The position numbers and the translations under genes were made by a program. The notes under the pieces were generated by a model that was not told where the DNA came from, did no database searches, and saw only the letters and a program-made list of their open reading frames with translations. Shown here in pieces: positions 50,744 to 60,395 of a stretch of DNA of 64,000 nucleotides. The DNA lies in the NCBI GenBank assembly GCA_963716255.1, contig OY970303.1:3712001-3776000 (forward strand). The letters are read 5' to 3'. The DNA comes from an uncultured Gemmatimonadales bacterium (GTDB lineage Bacteria > Gemmatimonadota > Gemmatimonadetes > Longimicrobiales > Longimicrobiaceae). Within the stretch, counting starts at the first letter, position 1, and each line of letters starts with the position of its first letter.

Positions 50744-53689
50744 TCACTGCGTGGTGGTGCCGCCGCCGGTGGTGGGGGCGGCGGGCGGGGCGGTGGCGGA
50801 GCGCGCCTCGGGCGGGGTGAGCTGGTCGCGGCCCTTCTGGAGGAAGGGGATCCCCTCGCGCATCCACGCCGGGGCCGGGGCGCCCTTCAGGTGGTGATCG
50901 AAGAACTGCATGGTCCGGCGCGCGATGTCCAGCTGGTTGGCGCGCTTGGTGGGGTTGTGGCCGTCGCCGTTGTAGTTGAGCATGTACACCTCCTTGCCCA
51001 GCCGGCGCATCCCCACGAACATCTCGATCCCCTGGTACCACGGCACCGCGCCGTCGGCGTCGTTGGCCATGATGAGCAGCGGCGTGGTCACGCGGTCCAG
51101 CGCGAACAGCGGCGAGTTCTCGATGTAGCGCCAGGGCTCGTCCCACAGCGACCCGCCGATGCGGCTCTGCCCGCGCTCGTACTGGAAGGGGCGCGCCACC
51201 CCCGTCTCCCAGCGGATCCCGCCGTACGCGCTGGTCATGTTCGCCACCGGCGCGCCGGTCATGGCCGCGCGGAACATGGGGGTGCGGGTGATCATGTACG
51301 CGGCCTGGTAGCCGCCCCACGACTGCCCCTGGAGCGCCACCGCCGCCGGGTCCACGAAGCCGCGCCCGATCAGCGCCTGCACCCCCGGGACGATGGACTT
51401 CATGGCGCTCTCGCCCGGGTAGCCGGGCGTGTAGTGGATGTCCGGCATGAACACCAGGTACCCGTTGGACGCGTACAGCATGGGCTGGGTGGTGTTGCGC
51501 GGTACCCCGGACTGGTACTGGTGCAGGTTGTCCGACAGGCTCTCGTAGAAGTACACCACCATGGGGTACTTCTTCGACGGGTCGAAGTCCTCGGGCTTGT
51601 ACAGCAGCCCCTGCAGCTCCACCCCGTCGCTGCTCCGCCAGCTCACCAGCTCCACCGCGCCCCAGCGGTACTCGGCCTGCTGCGGGTTGGACTCGGAGAT
51701 GCGCGTGGCCCCCGCGAAGTCGGGGCCGCTCACCCACAGGTCCGGCGCCTCGCTCACGGTGGAGCGCGTGAACAGGAACACGTCCGCGTCCTCCGCGCGG
51801 CGCGGGGTGCCGTACTGCCGCGCCTCCATCACCAGCCGCCGCGGGGCCGCCGCCGCGCCCAGCCGGTCGGTCCAGTAGCCGCTGGCCTTGGTGCGGTCGT
51901 CCATGGCGCGCAGCAGCAGCGACGCGTCCGGGCCGATCGCCTCCTCGTCCTCGTCCAGGTCCACCACGCGGAACACCGTGTTGCCGCGGCGGCCCGCGGA
52001 GTCGGTCACCACGCGCGCGGGGCGGCGGCCGGCGGGGTCGATCTCCCACACGTCGTAGCGGTCGTACAGCAGCACGGAGCGGTCGCCCTCGGTCCACCCG
52101 GCCACCCCGTACGGAGAGGGCGGGTCCGGCGTGTCCCAGGTCTCCTGCTCGAAGCGCACCCCGGCGAGGCCGCCGGTGAGGTCGCGCATGCGCCCGCTCT
52201 CCACCTCGTACGCCTTCCAGTGGTTGTCCCGGTCGAAGTACAGCACGTAGCGGCCGTCGGTGGAGAGCGCGGGGGCGGAGTCCAGGCGCTTCGCCACCAG
52301 CCGGCGGGTGCCGCGGGCCACGTCGACCACGTAGGCGTCGTTGCCGCCCTCGCCCCACATGGCCTCCACCGCGTAGGGGAGGCTGGTGGAGGCCAGCGCC
52401 CAGCGGCCGTCCTCGGTGAAGCTCACGCGGGAGAGCGTGTCGCTCCCCACCACGTGGTGGCGGCCGGAGCGCACGTCGTACACGGCAGCGTAGGAGCGGT
52501 CGCGGTCGCGACCCGCCTCCAGGCGCTGCTGCGGCTGCAGGCGCGCGTCGCGGTAGTGCCACAGGTCGAACACGGCCTTGTCGGCCAGCGAGTCCGCGGG
52601 AATGGAGTCCAGCGCGGCGGCCGCCGCCCCGAAGAGCAGCGCGGCGCCGGTGCGGGTGAAGCGCACCGTCCCCTTGTCCGCCACCACCAGCCCGCCGCCC
52701 GCGTCCGGCCCCACCACGCGCCGGGCCCGCGGCTCGCGGAGCGCGGCGTGGTACAGCGCGTAGCGCGCCCCGTCTCTGCCATATTCTTCTTTGTCGGACA
52801 CAAAGGCGGCCTGCGTCCCCGCCCGGTCGAACACCAGCGACTTGTAGTTGCCCTCGCCGGCCAGCAGGGCGTGCGTGCGCCCGTCGGCGAGCGAGCGGAC
52901 GTAGGCGCCGTCCGCCCCGCCGTCCTTGCCGGAGACGGTGTAGCCCAGCCAGCGCCCCCCGCGGTCGAAGGTGTAGGCGGTGACGTCGCGGATGCGCTCC
53001 TCGGCCCCGCTGTGCAGGTCGCGCAGCACCAGCACGGAGCCGGTGTCCTTTTTCCTGCGGTCGGCGCGGGTGGAATCGGAGGACACGGGGCGCGGGGTGC
53101 CGCCGGGGGTGGCCGCGGCCATGGGCGCCCTCGCGGCGCTGTCGGCGGGGGCGGTCCGGGTGCTGTCGCCCCCCTCCAGCAGGTAGGCCACCCAGCGGCC
53201 GGAATCCTCGGGGAGGCGGAACGACTTGATCCCCGGCACCGTGGTCACCCGCCCGTCCGGGAGCGACATGACCCCCAGCGCCGTCCTGGGCATGTCGGCC
53301 GGCTTCTTCCGGGCGCGGCGCGCCGCCTCGTACTCGGCGCGCGAGGGCTCGATGGTGAACAGGGCGAAGCGCCCGTCGGCGGTGACCTGCGCGTCCGGGG
53401 CGTTGAAGCCGGGGCCCATGCGCCCGGCCTGGTTCTGCGGACGTCCCACGTAGCCGCGGGTGTGGCGGAACTCGGGCCCGGAGGGGACGCGTCGGACCAC
53501 GACCTCGCCGTCGCCCACCTGGGGGACCAGCGAGTACACGGCCCACGTCCCGTCGCGCGAGAGCGCCGCGCCGTCCACGGAGCGCCAGCGGTCGAACGAT
53601 TCGGGGGCCAGGGGCTTCTTGGGCTGCTGCGCGCCCAGCGGCACGGCGCAGAGCAGCCCGGCGACCAGGAGGAGTCGGGGCGTTTGCAT
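50744..53689 (-). CDS. S9 family (prolyl oligopeptidase-like) peptidase
   Basis: GQSWGGY nucleophile elbow, DGAVPW, YNGDGH; signal peptide. Confidence 0.92.
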   Translation of the reverse strand: MQTPRLLLVAGLLCAVPLGAQQPKKPLAPESFDRWRSVDGAALSRDGTWAVYSLVPQVGDGEVVVRRVPSGPEFRHTRGYVGRPQNQAGRMGPGFNAPDAQVTADGRFALFTIEPSRAEYEAARRARKKPADMPRTALGVMSLPDGRVTTVPGIKSFRLPEDSGRWVAYLLEGGDSTRTAPADSAARAPMAAATPGGTPRPVSSDSTRADRRKKDTGSVLVLRDLHSGAEERIRDVTAYTFDRGGRWLGYTVSGKDGGADGAYVRSLADGRTHALLAGEGNYKSLVFDRAGTQAAFVSDKEEYGRDGARYALYHAALREPRARRVVGPDAGGGLVVADKGTVRFTRTGAALLFGAAAAALDSIPADSLADKAVFDLWHYRDARLQPQQRLEAGRDRDRSYAAVYDVRSGRHHVVGSDTLSRVSFTEDGRWALASTSLPYAVEAMWGEGGNDAYVVDVARGTRRLVAKRLDSAPALSTDGRYVLYFDRDNHWKAYEVESGRMRDLTGGLAGVRFEQETWDTPDPPSPYGVAGWTEGDRSVLLYDRYDVWEIDPAGRRPARVVTDSAGRRGNTVFRVVDLDEDEEAIGPDASLLLRAMDDRTKASGYWTDRLGAAAAPRRLVMEARQYGTPRRAEDADVFLFTRSTVSEAPDLWVSGPDFAGATRISESNPQQAEYRWGAVELVSWRSSDGVELQGLLYKPEDFDPSKKYPMVVYFYESLSDNLHQYQSGVPRNTTQPMLYASNGYLVFMPDIHYTPGYPGESAMKSIVPGVQALIGRGFVDPAAVALQGQSWGGYQAAYMITRTPMFRAAMTGAPVANMTSAYGGIRWETGVARPFQYERGQSRIGGSLWDEPWRYIENSPLFALDRVTTPLLIMANDADGAVPWYQGIEMFVGMRRLGKEVYMLNYNGDGHNPTKRANQLDIARRTMQFFDHHLKGAPAPAWMREGIPFLQKGRDQLTPPEARSATAPPAAPTTGGGTTTQ

Positions 53690-53897
53690 GGCGGAGCGGG
53701 TGGAGTGGTCGAGGCCGGACGGGAAGATACGCTAACCCTAGCCCCCGCAGCGCGGAGCGGCAAGGCCGGCGGGGACGCGCCGCCGTCTTTGCCGGGGACG
53801 GATGTTCCCCGGCGCGCCCGCGCCCGCCGCGCGGGTCCGCGACGTGCAGGCGCTCCCCCGCGTGCGCGACCACCCTTCACCTTCCGCCGGAGGCCCC

Positions 53898-54407
53898 ATG
53901 CAGCTTCTCGTCATCCGCCACGCCATCGCCGAGGACCGGGAGGAGTTCGCCGTCACCGGGCTGGACGACGACCTGCGTCCGCTCACCCGCGAGGGACGCC
54001 GCCGCATGCGCCGCGCGGCCCGCGGGCTGAGCGGCCTGGTGCCGGCGCTGGGGCTGCTCGCCGCCAGCCCCCTGGCCCGCGCCGCGCAGACCGCGGAGCT
54101 CCTGGCCGGCGAGTACGGCTTCAAGGAGTGGGAGACGTGGCCCGAGCTGTCCCCGGGCGTGCACCCGTCCATGCTGGTGGACCGGCTCCGCTCGCTGCGC
54201 GTGGAGGGCGGCCCCGTGGCGGTGGTGGGCCACGAGCCCGACCTGGGCGAGGCGGTGGGCTGGCTGCTCACCGGCCGCACCGGCTCCTTCGTGGAGATCA
54301 AGAAGGGGGCGGCGTGCCTGCTGGAGTTCGAGGGTCCGCCGGACCCGGAGCGCGCGCGCCTGCTGTGGCTGCTGGCCCCCGGCCACCTCCGGCGCCTGGA
54401 GAAGTGA
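53898..54407 (+). CDS. SixA-like histidine phosphatase
   Basis: LLVIRHA, RPLT, SPLARAAQTAE, VGHEPDL; GGAGG RBS. Confidence 0.88.
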   Translation: MQLLVIRHAIAEDREEFAVTGLDDDLRPLTREGRRRMRRAARGLSGLVPALGLLAASPLARAAQTAELLAGEYGFKEWETWPELSPGVHPSMLVDRLRSLRVEGGPVAVVGHEPDLGEAVGWLLTGRTGSFVEIKKGAACLLEFEGPPDPERARLLWLLAPGHLRRLEK

Positions 54408-54408
54408 G

Positions 54409-55788
54409 GTGGAAGCTTCCGCCGCGCTCCTGGACCTGGATGCGGGCCGCGCGGCGCGGGTGCTGGCGCTGCGCTTCCTGCGCGAGGCCGCGGCGGCCCG
54501 CGAGCGCTTCCGCGACCCCGCGGACGCGGAGGCGCTGCACGACTTCCGCGTGGCGCTGCGGCGGCTGCGCACCACGCTGAAGCATTACGGGCCGCAGCTG
54601 GAGCACGGCGTCAAGCGCGGGGACCGCCGCCGCGTCCGTGGCCTGGCCCGCGCCACCGGCGCCGCCCGCGACGCGGAGGTGCTGACGGAGCTGGTGGAGC
54701 GGTGGCGGGACGCCGTCCCCGCCGCCGGCGCGGCGGGGACGGAGTGGATGCTGGCGCGGCTGGCCGATCGGTGCTCGGCCGCCGCGCGCGAGCTGCGCCG
54801 CGAGGTGGCGGCGGACTTCGCAAGGACGTCGCGGCGGCTGGAGGCGCGCCTGGGCGAGCACCGCGCCCGGGTGGACCCGGACGATCCCCGGGGCGGGCCG
54901 CGCTGCGCCGGCGTAGTGGCCGCCCGCCTGGCCGTGGGCGCGGAGGAGCTGCGCGCGCGCCTGGACCGGGTTCGCAGCGTGGCCGACCAGGAGGAGGCGC
55001 ACGAGTCGCGCATCTCCGCCAAGGGCCTGCGCTACCTGCTGGAGCCGTTCGTGGGGGAGGTGGAGGGGCTCCCGGCGCTGGTCCGCGGCCTCCGGGACCT
55101 GCAGGACCTGCTGGGCGACATGCACGACGCGGAGGTGGCGTGGGGCGAGGTGGCCGCGGCACTGGAGGCGCTGGGCGCCTCCAGACCGGAGCCCGACCCT
55201 CGCCCCGGCCTGGCCGCGCTGGCGGAGCGCGCCGCGGCGGAGCGCGGGCGCCGCTTCGCGGAGCTGGAGGGGACGTGGCTGGGCGGGCGCGCGGCGGACT
55301 TCTTCGCGCGGCTGCGCGCCCTGGGCCGCCGGCTGGAGGGGGTGGAGCCCCCGCCGCCGCGCCGCTGGCTGCTGCGCCGCGTGCCCCGGCTGGACGGCGT
55401 GGAGCCGGAGTGGATCGAGCAGGGGTGGCTCCCCGGAGACCGGCTGTCGGAGACCGTGCGCCGCGTCCGCGCCGGCGGGGAGGAGCGCTGGATCCGCACG
55501 GTGGCCACCGGCGCCACGGTCCTGGCCGAGGAGGAAACGCCGCCGAAGGTGGCGCGCGCCCTCTGGGCGCTCACCCGCGGCCGGCGCCTGCGCAAGCGCC
55601 GCTACCGGGTCCAGGCGGGCGGCGCCGCGTGGACCATCGACCGCTTCGGGGGGCGGGGCCCGGTGGTCGCGGAGGCGGTCTTCGCCGACCCCGGCCGGCC
55701 ACAGGGGCTGCCGGGGTGGATGGCGCCCCACGTGGTCCGCGAGGTGACGGGCGAGGTGGCGCTGAGCGACGAGGGGCTGGCGGGGTAG
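54409..55788 (+). CDS. CHAD domain protein fused to a degenerate CYTH-like domain
   Basis: EALHDFRVALRRLR, RDAEV, HESRISAKGLRY, LQDLLGDMHD; C-terminal IEQGWL, RLRKRRY, WTIDRF, REVTG. Confidence 0.85.
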   Translation: MEASAALLDLDAGRAARVLALRFLREAAAARERFRDPADAEALHDFRVALRRLRTTLKHYGPQLEHGVKRGDRRRVRGLARATGAARDAEVLTELVERWRDAVPAAGAAGTEWMLARLADRCSAAARELRREVAADFARTSRRLEARLGEHRARVDPDDPRGGPRCAGVVAARLAVGAEELRARLDRVRSVADQEEAHESRISAKGLRYLLEPFVGEVEGLPALVRGLRDLQDLLGDMHDAEVAWGEVAAALEALGASRPEPDPRPGLAALAERAAAERGRRFAELEGTWLGGRAADFFARLRALGRRLEGVEPPPPRRWLLRRVPRLDGVEPEWIEQGWLPGDRLSETVRRVRAGGEERWIRTVATGATVLAEEETPPKVARALWALTRGRRLRKRRYRVQAGGAAWTIDRFGGRGPVVAEAVFADPGRPQGLPGWMAPHVVREVTGEVALSDEGLAG

Positions 55789-55806
55789 GATGGAGCTCGG
55801 CGGCGG

Positions 55807-55898
55807 CCCCCATCCCCCCGGCCCCCTTCCCCCGCAAGCGAGGGAAGGGGGAGCACGGCGACGCCCTCCCCCAACCCCTCCCCGCAAGGGGGAGGGGA
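55807..55898. repeat. Two tandem second-family REP-like palindromes
   Basis: CCCCCTTCCCCCGC-AA-GCGAGGGAAGGGGG and CCCCTCCCC-GCAAG-GGGGAGGGG. Confidence 0.7.
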
Positions 55899-55946
55899 GC
55901 GCGTAGCGCAGGGGTGGAAGCCCCCGCGGACGCCAGCTCGAACCCC

Positions 55947-56075
55947 GCGTGAGGGATTTCGGCCCGGAGGGGCGAGACCGCGCGGCTGTTTGCGCGGGCT
56001 CGACTCCGTTGAGCAGCGTTGTTTGCTGCTCTACGGAGCCGAAGCCCGACCCCGGCGCCCGCCGGGGGCACGCCC
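55947..56075 (-). repeat. Structured dispersed element, full copy
   Basis: Inner stem GAGCAGC/GCTGCTC. Confidence 0.95.
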
Positions 56076-56092
56076 AAACCCGCCGTCAGCAG

Positions 56093-57655
56093 TTATGGAA
56101 GCCGCCCCAGCAGCGCGGCGATCCGCCCCTGGAGCCCGTCGGTGTCGGCCCCGGAGGCGGCGGCGCGCCGGGCAAGGGTGCGCGCCCGCGCCGGGTCGGA
56201 GGCGGCGAGCCAGTCGGCCGCCAGGTAGGCGCTCCACCCCTCCATCCACTCCGGGATGGGCTCCCGCAGCGCCAGCACCCGCTCGAAGAGTGCCACCGCC
56301 TGCCCGCCCTCCGCCCCGCCGACGCGCAGCCCCGGCCGCACCCGCCCGTACGACAGCCCCAGGTTGAACAGGGTGTTGGGGTCGTCCGGGAACGCGGCGA
56401 GGATGCGGCGCCCGGCCTCCTGCCCGGCCGCGCGGACCACGGGGTCGCCGCTCTCCCCCAGCACGCGGAGCAGGTCGTCGTCGGAAAGGGTCCGCGGCGC
56501 GGCGGGGCAGCACTCCACCGCCGCGCGCAGGAGGGAGTCGCCCCGGGCGGCCTCGCCCCGCCAGCGCGCCGTCAGCCCCCGCCCGATCAGCTCCGTCCCC
56601 CGCAGCTCCTCTCCGCCCGCGTCCCCCGGGGCGGCCACCAGGCGCAGGAAGGCGTTGGCGATGGGGGCCACGAGCACGCTGGAAGCCCCCAGCTGCGGGG
56701 CGGCGAGGGCGTCGCTGTTGGCGAGCACCGCCAGGACGAGGCCGCGCTCCGGTACCCGCAGGAGCAGGGCGGAGTAGGCGGCCGGCCACCAGCCGGGGTG
56801 CCACTGCACGCGCATCCCCGCCGCGCGCTGCGAGTACCACCCCAGCCCGTACGGGAGGGTGTCGCCGCGCGTGGAAACGACCGGGCCGAGCATGCGCTCC
56901 CGCGCCGCGGCGTCCACCAGCCGCCCGTCGTCAAGCGCGGCGGCGTAGCGCACCAGGTCCAGCACGGTGGAGTTCAGGCCGGACGAGGAGTGCAGCCCGT
57001 TGGGCGGGTACCGGGAGCGCACCGGGCGCCCCGCCGCGTCGGGTGCGTAGGGGCGGGCGAAGCCGGGCTCCGCCTCGGCCGCCGCCGGGTCCTCGCTGCC
57101 GGGGTAGGTCCGCTCCAGCCCGGCCGGCCGCAGGACGCGGTGCTCCAGCAGCGCCGGGAAGCGCTCGCCGGTGGCGTGCTCCACCACGTCGTCCAGCCAG
57201 TTGAAGCGGCTGCTGTAGGCGAAGCGCGTCCCGGGCGTCCCCTCGGAGGTGTGGGACAGGACGTGGCGGATGCGCACGTCCGGGGGCACCTGCCAGTCCT
57301 CGTGGCCGGCGACCGCGTCTTCCAGCTCCAGCCGTCCCTCCGCCGCGAGCTGCACCATCAGCGTCGCGGTGAAGGTCTTGGTCACGGAGCCGATGGGGTA
57401 CACCGTCTCCGGCGTGGCCGCGGTGCCCCGCTCCACGTCGCTCATCCCGAACCCGCGCGCCAGCACCACCTGCCCGTCCCTCGCCACGGCCACGGAAAGC
57501 CCGGGGATGCGCAGCTCCGCACGCAGCGAGTCCACCGTCGCGGCGAAGGCGTCCAGACCCGCCTCCGGGGCGGGTGCGGGAGCCGGCCCCCGGGGAGCCG
57601 CGGCGCAGGCGGCGGCGAGGAGGGAAAGGCAGGCGGAGGGGAGGATGGCGTTCAC
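56093..57655 (-). CDS. Serine hydrolase (beta-lactamase class C-like), lipoprotein with C-terminal TPR-like region
   Basis: LLAAAC lipobox; IGSVTKTFT SxxK, LSHTS, FAYSS, YGLGW. Confidence 0.85.
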   Translation of the reverse strand: MNAILPSACLSLLAAACAAAPRGPAPAPAPEAGLDAFAATVDSLRAELRIPGLSVAVARDGQVVLARGFGMSDVERGTAATPETVYPIGSVTKTFTATLMVQLAAEGRLELEDAVAGHEDWQVPPDVRIRHVLSHTSEGTPGTRFAYSSRFNWLDDVVEHATGERFPALLEHRVLRPAGLERTYPGSEDPAAAEAEPGFARPYAPDAAGRPVRSRYPPNGLHSSSGLNSTVLDLVRYAAALDDGRLVDAAARERMLGPVVSTRGDTLPYGLGWYSQRAAGMRVQWHPGWWPAAYSALLLRVPERGLVLAVLANSDALAAPQLGASSVLVAPIANAFLRLVAAPGDAGGEELRGTELIGRGLTARWRGEAARGDSLLRAAVECCPAAPRTLSDDDLLRVLGESGDPVVRAAGQEAGRRILAAFPDDPNTLFNLGLSYGRVRPGLRVGGAEGGQAVALFERVLALREPIPEWMEGWSAYLAADWLAASDPARARTLARRAAASGADTDGLQGRIAALLGRLP

Positions 57656-57805
57656 GGGGCTCCGGGTCGCGGGTGGTTCGGCGTGCTCCTTCCTTCCTAC
57701 GGCTCCCTCCCCGCCGGAGTTGCGGGGGGCGGCAGGGCCGCGGCACGTGGCGTGCGCTCCCGCGCCCGGCGTACCCCGACCCCCGTTCCGCGGACGCTCC
57801 CCCCC

Positions 57806-58447
57806 ATGCCCGAAAAGAACCACGACCTGCACGGGAACGCCCCGGACCGCTCGCCCGCGGCGCTGGTGATCATCGACATGATCAACGAGATGGACTTTCC
57901 CGGCGCCGAGGAGATGATGCCCCGCGCCGTCGCCGCGGCGGAGCGCATCGCGGAGCTGAAGCGGCGGGCGCGCGCGGCGGGGATCCCGGTGGTCTACGCC
58001 AACGACAACTTCGGGCGCTGGCGCTCGGACTTCCGCGAGGCGGTGGCGCACGTGCTGGGCGGCGGGGTGCGCGGCGAGCCCATGGCGCGGCTGCTCCCGC
58101 CGGACGAGGACGACTACTTCGTCCTCAAGCCCAAGCACTCGGCGTTCTTCGCCACCACGCTGGAAACGCTGCTTGAATACCTGGGCACGTCGCGCCTGGT
58201 CCTCACCGGCGTCAGCGGCGACGTGTGCGTGCTCCTCACCGCCAGCGACGCCTACATGCGCGACTTCCACCTGTGGGTCCCCGAGGACTGCATGGCGTCC
58301 GTGAGCGCGGAGGAGAACCGCCGCGCGCTGGACTACATGCGCCGCGTCTTCGGGGCGGACACCACGCCCTCCGCGGCATTGGAGCTGGAGGCGCTGGCCC
58401 GCGAGGACCGCAGGAAGGAGGACCGGGCCGGGGACGACCGGGGCTGA
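57806..58447 (+). CDS. Isochorismatase-family cysteine hydrolase
   Basis: IIDMIN, YANDNFGRW, LKPKHSAFF, GDVCVLLTA. Confidence 0.9.
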   Translation: MPEKNHDLHGNAPDRSPAALVIIDMINEMDFPGAEEMMPRAVAAAERIAELKRRARAAGIPVVYANDNFGRWRSDFREAVAHVLGGGVRGEPMARLLPPDEDDYFVLKPKHSAFFATTLETLLEYLGTSRLVLTGVSGDVCVLLTASDAYMRDFHLWVPEDCMASVSAEENRRALDYMRRVFGADTTPSAALELEALAREDRRKEDRAGDDRG

Positions 58448-58452
58448 CGCGG

Positions 58453-59247
58453 TCACCCCGGGCGCGCCGCCGCCACGGGCGCGCCCCGCGCGGACGCGTC
58501 CAGCGGCAGCACCAGGACGAAGCGCGCCCCGCCCCCCGGCGCGTCCTCCACCCAGGCGCGCCCCCCGTGCGCCGCCGCCACACGCCGCACCGTCGCCAGC
58601 CCCAGCCCCATCCCGCCGGTGCTGTCGCCCCGCGCGAACGGCTCCCAGACGCGGCCGCGGTCCCGCGCCGCCACCCCGGGCCCCTGGTCCTCCACCGCCA
58701 CCACGGCGCGCCCGTCCCCGGCCGCGAGCGTCAGCGTCACCGTCTGCCCCGGGGCGCCGTGGCGCACCGCGTTGTCCAGCAGGTTGGCGACCGCGCGGCG
58801 CAGCGCCGGCGCGTCCACGCACGCCACCACCCCGGGCGGCGGGTCCGCGTGGATCCACGAGCCGCGCGCCGCCGCCAGCGGCGCGCAGTCCGCCGCCACG
58901 TCCTCCAGCAGCATCCCCAGGTCCGCCGGGGCGCGCACCGGGGACACCGCCCCGCCCCCGTGGGCGAAGTCCAGCAGGTTGGCGAGCATGGCGTCCAGCC
59001 GCAGCGCCTCGCGCCCCACCGTCTCCGCCCAGCGCTCCCGCTCCTCCGCCGTGCCGCCCGGGTGCACCACCAGCATCTCCGCGAACATCCTCACCTGGGC
59101 CAGCGGCGTGCGCAGCTCGTGCGACACCCCCTGCGCGAACTCGCGGCGCAGGCGGCCGGCCCGGCGCTCCGCCAGCCACCACACCGCCCCCGCAGCGGCG
59201 GCCACGGCGGCCGCCAGCGCCGCCGCGCCCGGCAGCAGGCCGGTCAA
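58453..59247 (-). CDS. Sensor histidine kinase with a single TM anchor
   Basis: SHELRTPL, NLLDNAVRH, VEDQGPG, GLGL; TTG start overlapping the regulator stop (TTGA). Confidence 0.8.
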   Translation of the reverse strand: MTGLLPGAAALAAAVAAAAGAVWWLAERRAGRLRREFAQGVSHELRTPLAQVRMFAEMLVVHPGGTAEERERWAETVGREALRLDAMLANLLDFAHGGGAVSPVRAPADLGMLLEDVAADCAPLAAARGSWIHADPPPGVVACVDAPALRRAVANLLDNAVRHGAPGQTVTLTLAAGDGRAVVAVEDQGPGVAARDRGRVWEPFARGDSTGGMGLGLATVRRVAAAHGGRAWVEDAPGGGARFVLVLPLDASARGAPVAAARPG

Positions 59248-59855
59248 GCCGGCTGCCCGAAGAGCACCGCCCCCACGGCGGCGCGCGAGCCGATCCCCAG
59301 CTTGGCGAGCACCTGCTCGGTGTGGTTGCGCGCCGTGTAGTAGCTCACCGAGAGCCGCCTGGCGATCTCCACGTTGCTGCACCCCTCGCCCAGCAGGCGC
59401 GCCACCGCCACCTGCCGCGCCGTCAGCCCGAAGCGGTCGCGCAGCTCCTCGTCGCTGAGCGCCGCGGGCCTCTCCGCCGGGGCCGCCGCCTGTCCCGCGC
59501 GCCGCAGCAGCACCCCGATGCGCGCCAGCAATTCCAGCACGCTGAACGGCTTGGTGACGTAGTCGTCCGCGCCCAGGCGGAAGCCCTGGAGCTTGTCGCC
59601 CTCCAGGTTGCGCGCCGACAGGATGAGCACCGGGCAGGCGGCGCCGCGCGCGCGCAGCTCCTGGAGCACGTGGTAGCCGTCGCGGTCGGGGAGCCCCAGG
59701 TCCAGCACCACCAGGTCTGGGGCGGCGCTGCTCGCCAGGGCCAGCGCCTGCGAGGCGCGCGTCGCCAGCGTCACCGCGTAGCCGTCCAGCTCCAGGTTGC
59801 GCTGAAGGCCCTCGGCGATGTCGGGGCTGTCTTCCACGAGCAGGATGCTTTGCAT
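59244..59855 (-). CDS. Response regulator (REC + LuxR-type HTH)
   Basis: ILLVED, VLDLGLP, DDYVTKPF; LTARQVAVARLL..G.SNVEIA..L.VS..TARNH. Confidence 0.9.
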   Translation of the reverse strand: MQSILLVEDSPDIAEGLQRNLELDGYAVTLATRASQALALASSAAPDLVVLDLGLPDRDGYHVLQELRARGAACPVLILSARNLEGDKLQGFRLGADDYVTKPFSVLELLARIGVLLRRAGQAAAPAERPAALSDEELRDRFGLTARQVAVARLLGEGCSNVEIARRLSVSYYTARNHTEQVLAKLGIGSRAAVGAVLFGQPA

Positions 59856-59964
59856 GGCGAGCTTTGTATTTTTCGGGGCTTCGCGGGCAGTCGTGGGGGC
59901 AATCTATGGCGGAGCCGCGCGGGTTCATGGGTCGGGTGACCCATTCGTTTTCTACAGCGGATCC

Positions 59965-60093
59965 GGGCGTGCCCCCGGCTGGCGCCGGGGTCGGGCTTCG
60001 GCTCCGTAGCAAACGATACTACCGTTTGCAACGGAGTCGAGCCCCGGCAAACTGCCGCCGGGTCTCGCCCCTCCGGGCCGAAATCCCTCACGC
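59965..60093 (+). repeat. Structured dispersed element, full copy
   Basis: Inner stem GCAAACG/CGTTTGC, loop ATACTAC. Confidence 0.95.
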
Positions 60094-60120
60094 GGGTCAT
60101 CGTGCTGGCGTCGGCTGGGG

Positions 60121-60172
60121 CCCCCACCCGGCTCGCTTGAGGCTCGCCACCCTCCCCCAATTCTGGGGGAGG
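60121..60172 (+). repeat. REP-like CCCCCACCC...CCACCCTCCCCC repeat
   Basis: CCCCCACCCGGCTCGCTTGAGGCTCGCCACCCTCCCCC-AATTCT-GGGGGAGGG. Confidence 0.6.
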
Positions 60173-60395
60173 GCTGGCCGAAGGTCGGGCTGTTTGCCGT
60201 TGCGATCTGCGCCGGGAGGTCGGGGGAGGGTCGGCAGGCGGTGCGTTTGTTCGAAGCCAGCGTGATCCTGCGGACCTGCTCCACCGGCGGGCGAGTGCTC
60301 TGCGAGTCCCTTCGGGTGTCGCACTGCCGGAGGAGCCTCCCCCGGCCGACCCCAAACACCGGTGCCCGCCGGAGCGGCGAGCCGTTGCAGTTCCG

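Noticed and set aside
48476..54580. 2034-aa + strand ORF and other very long ORFs (18032..22495, 41615..46963, 31397..34882, 35356..38562 part)
   Set aside because: Shadow or antisense frames of real genes in high-GC DNA; Arg/Gly/Pro/Ala-rich with no motifs.
56093..57655. Bona fide beta-lactamase regulated by the BlaI/M56 pair
   Set aside because: Generic SxxK serine hydrolase about 8.6 kb away with no operator seen; the M56 protein lacks a penicillin-binding domain.
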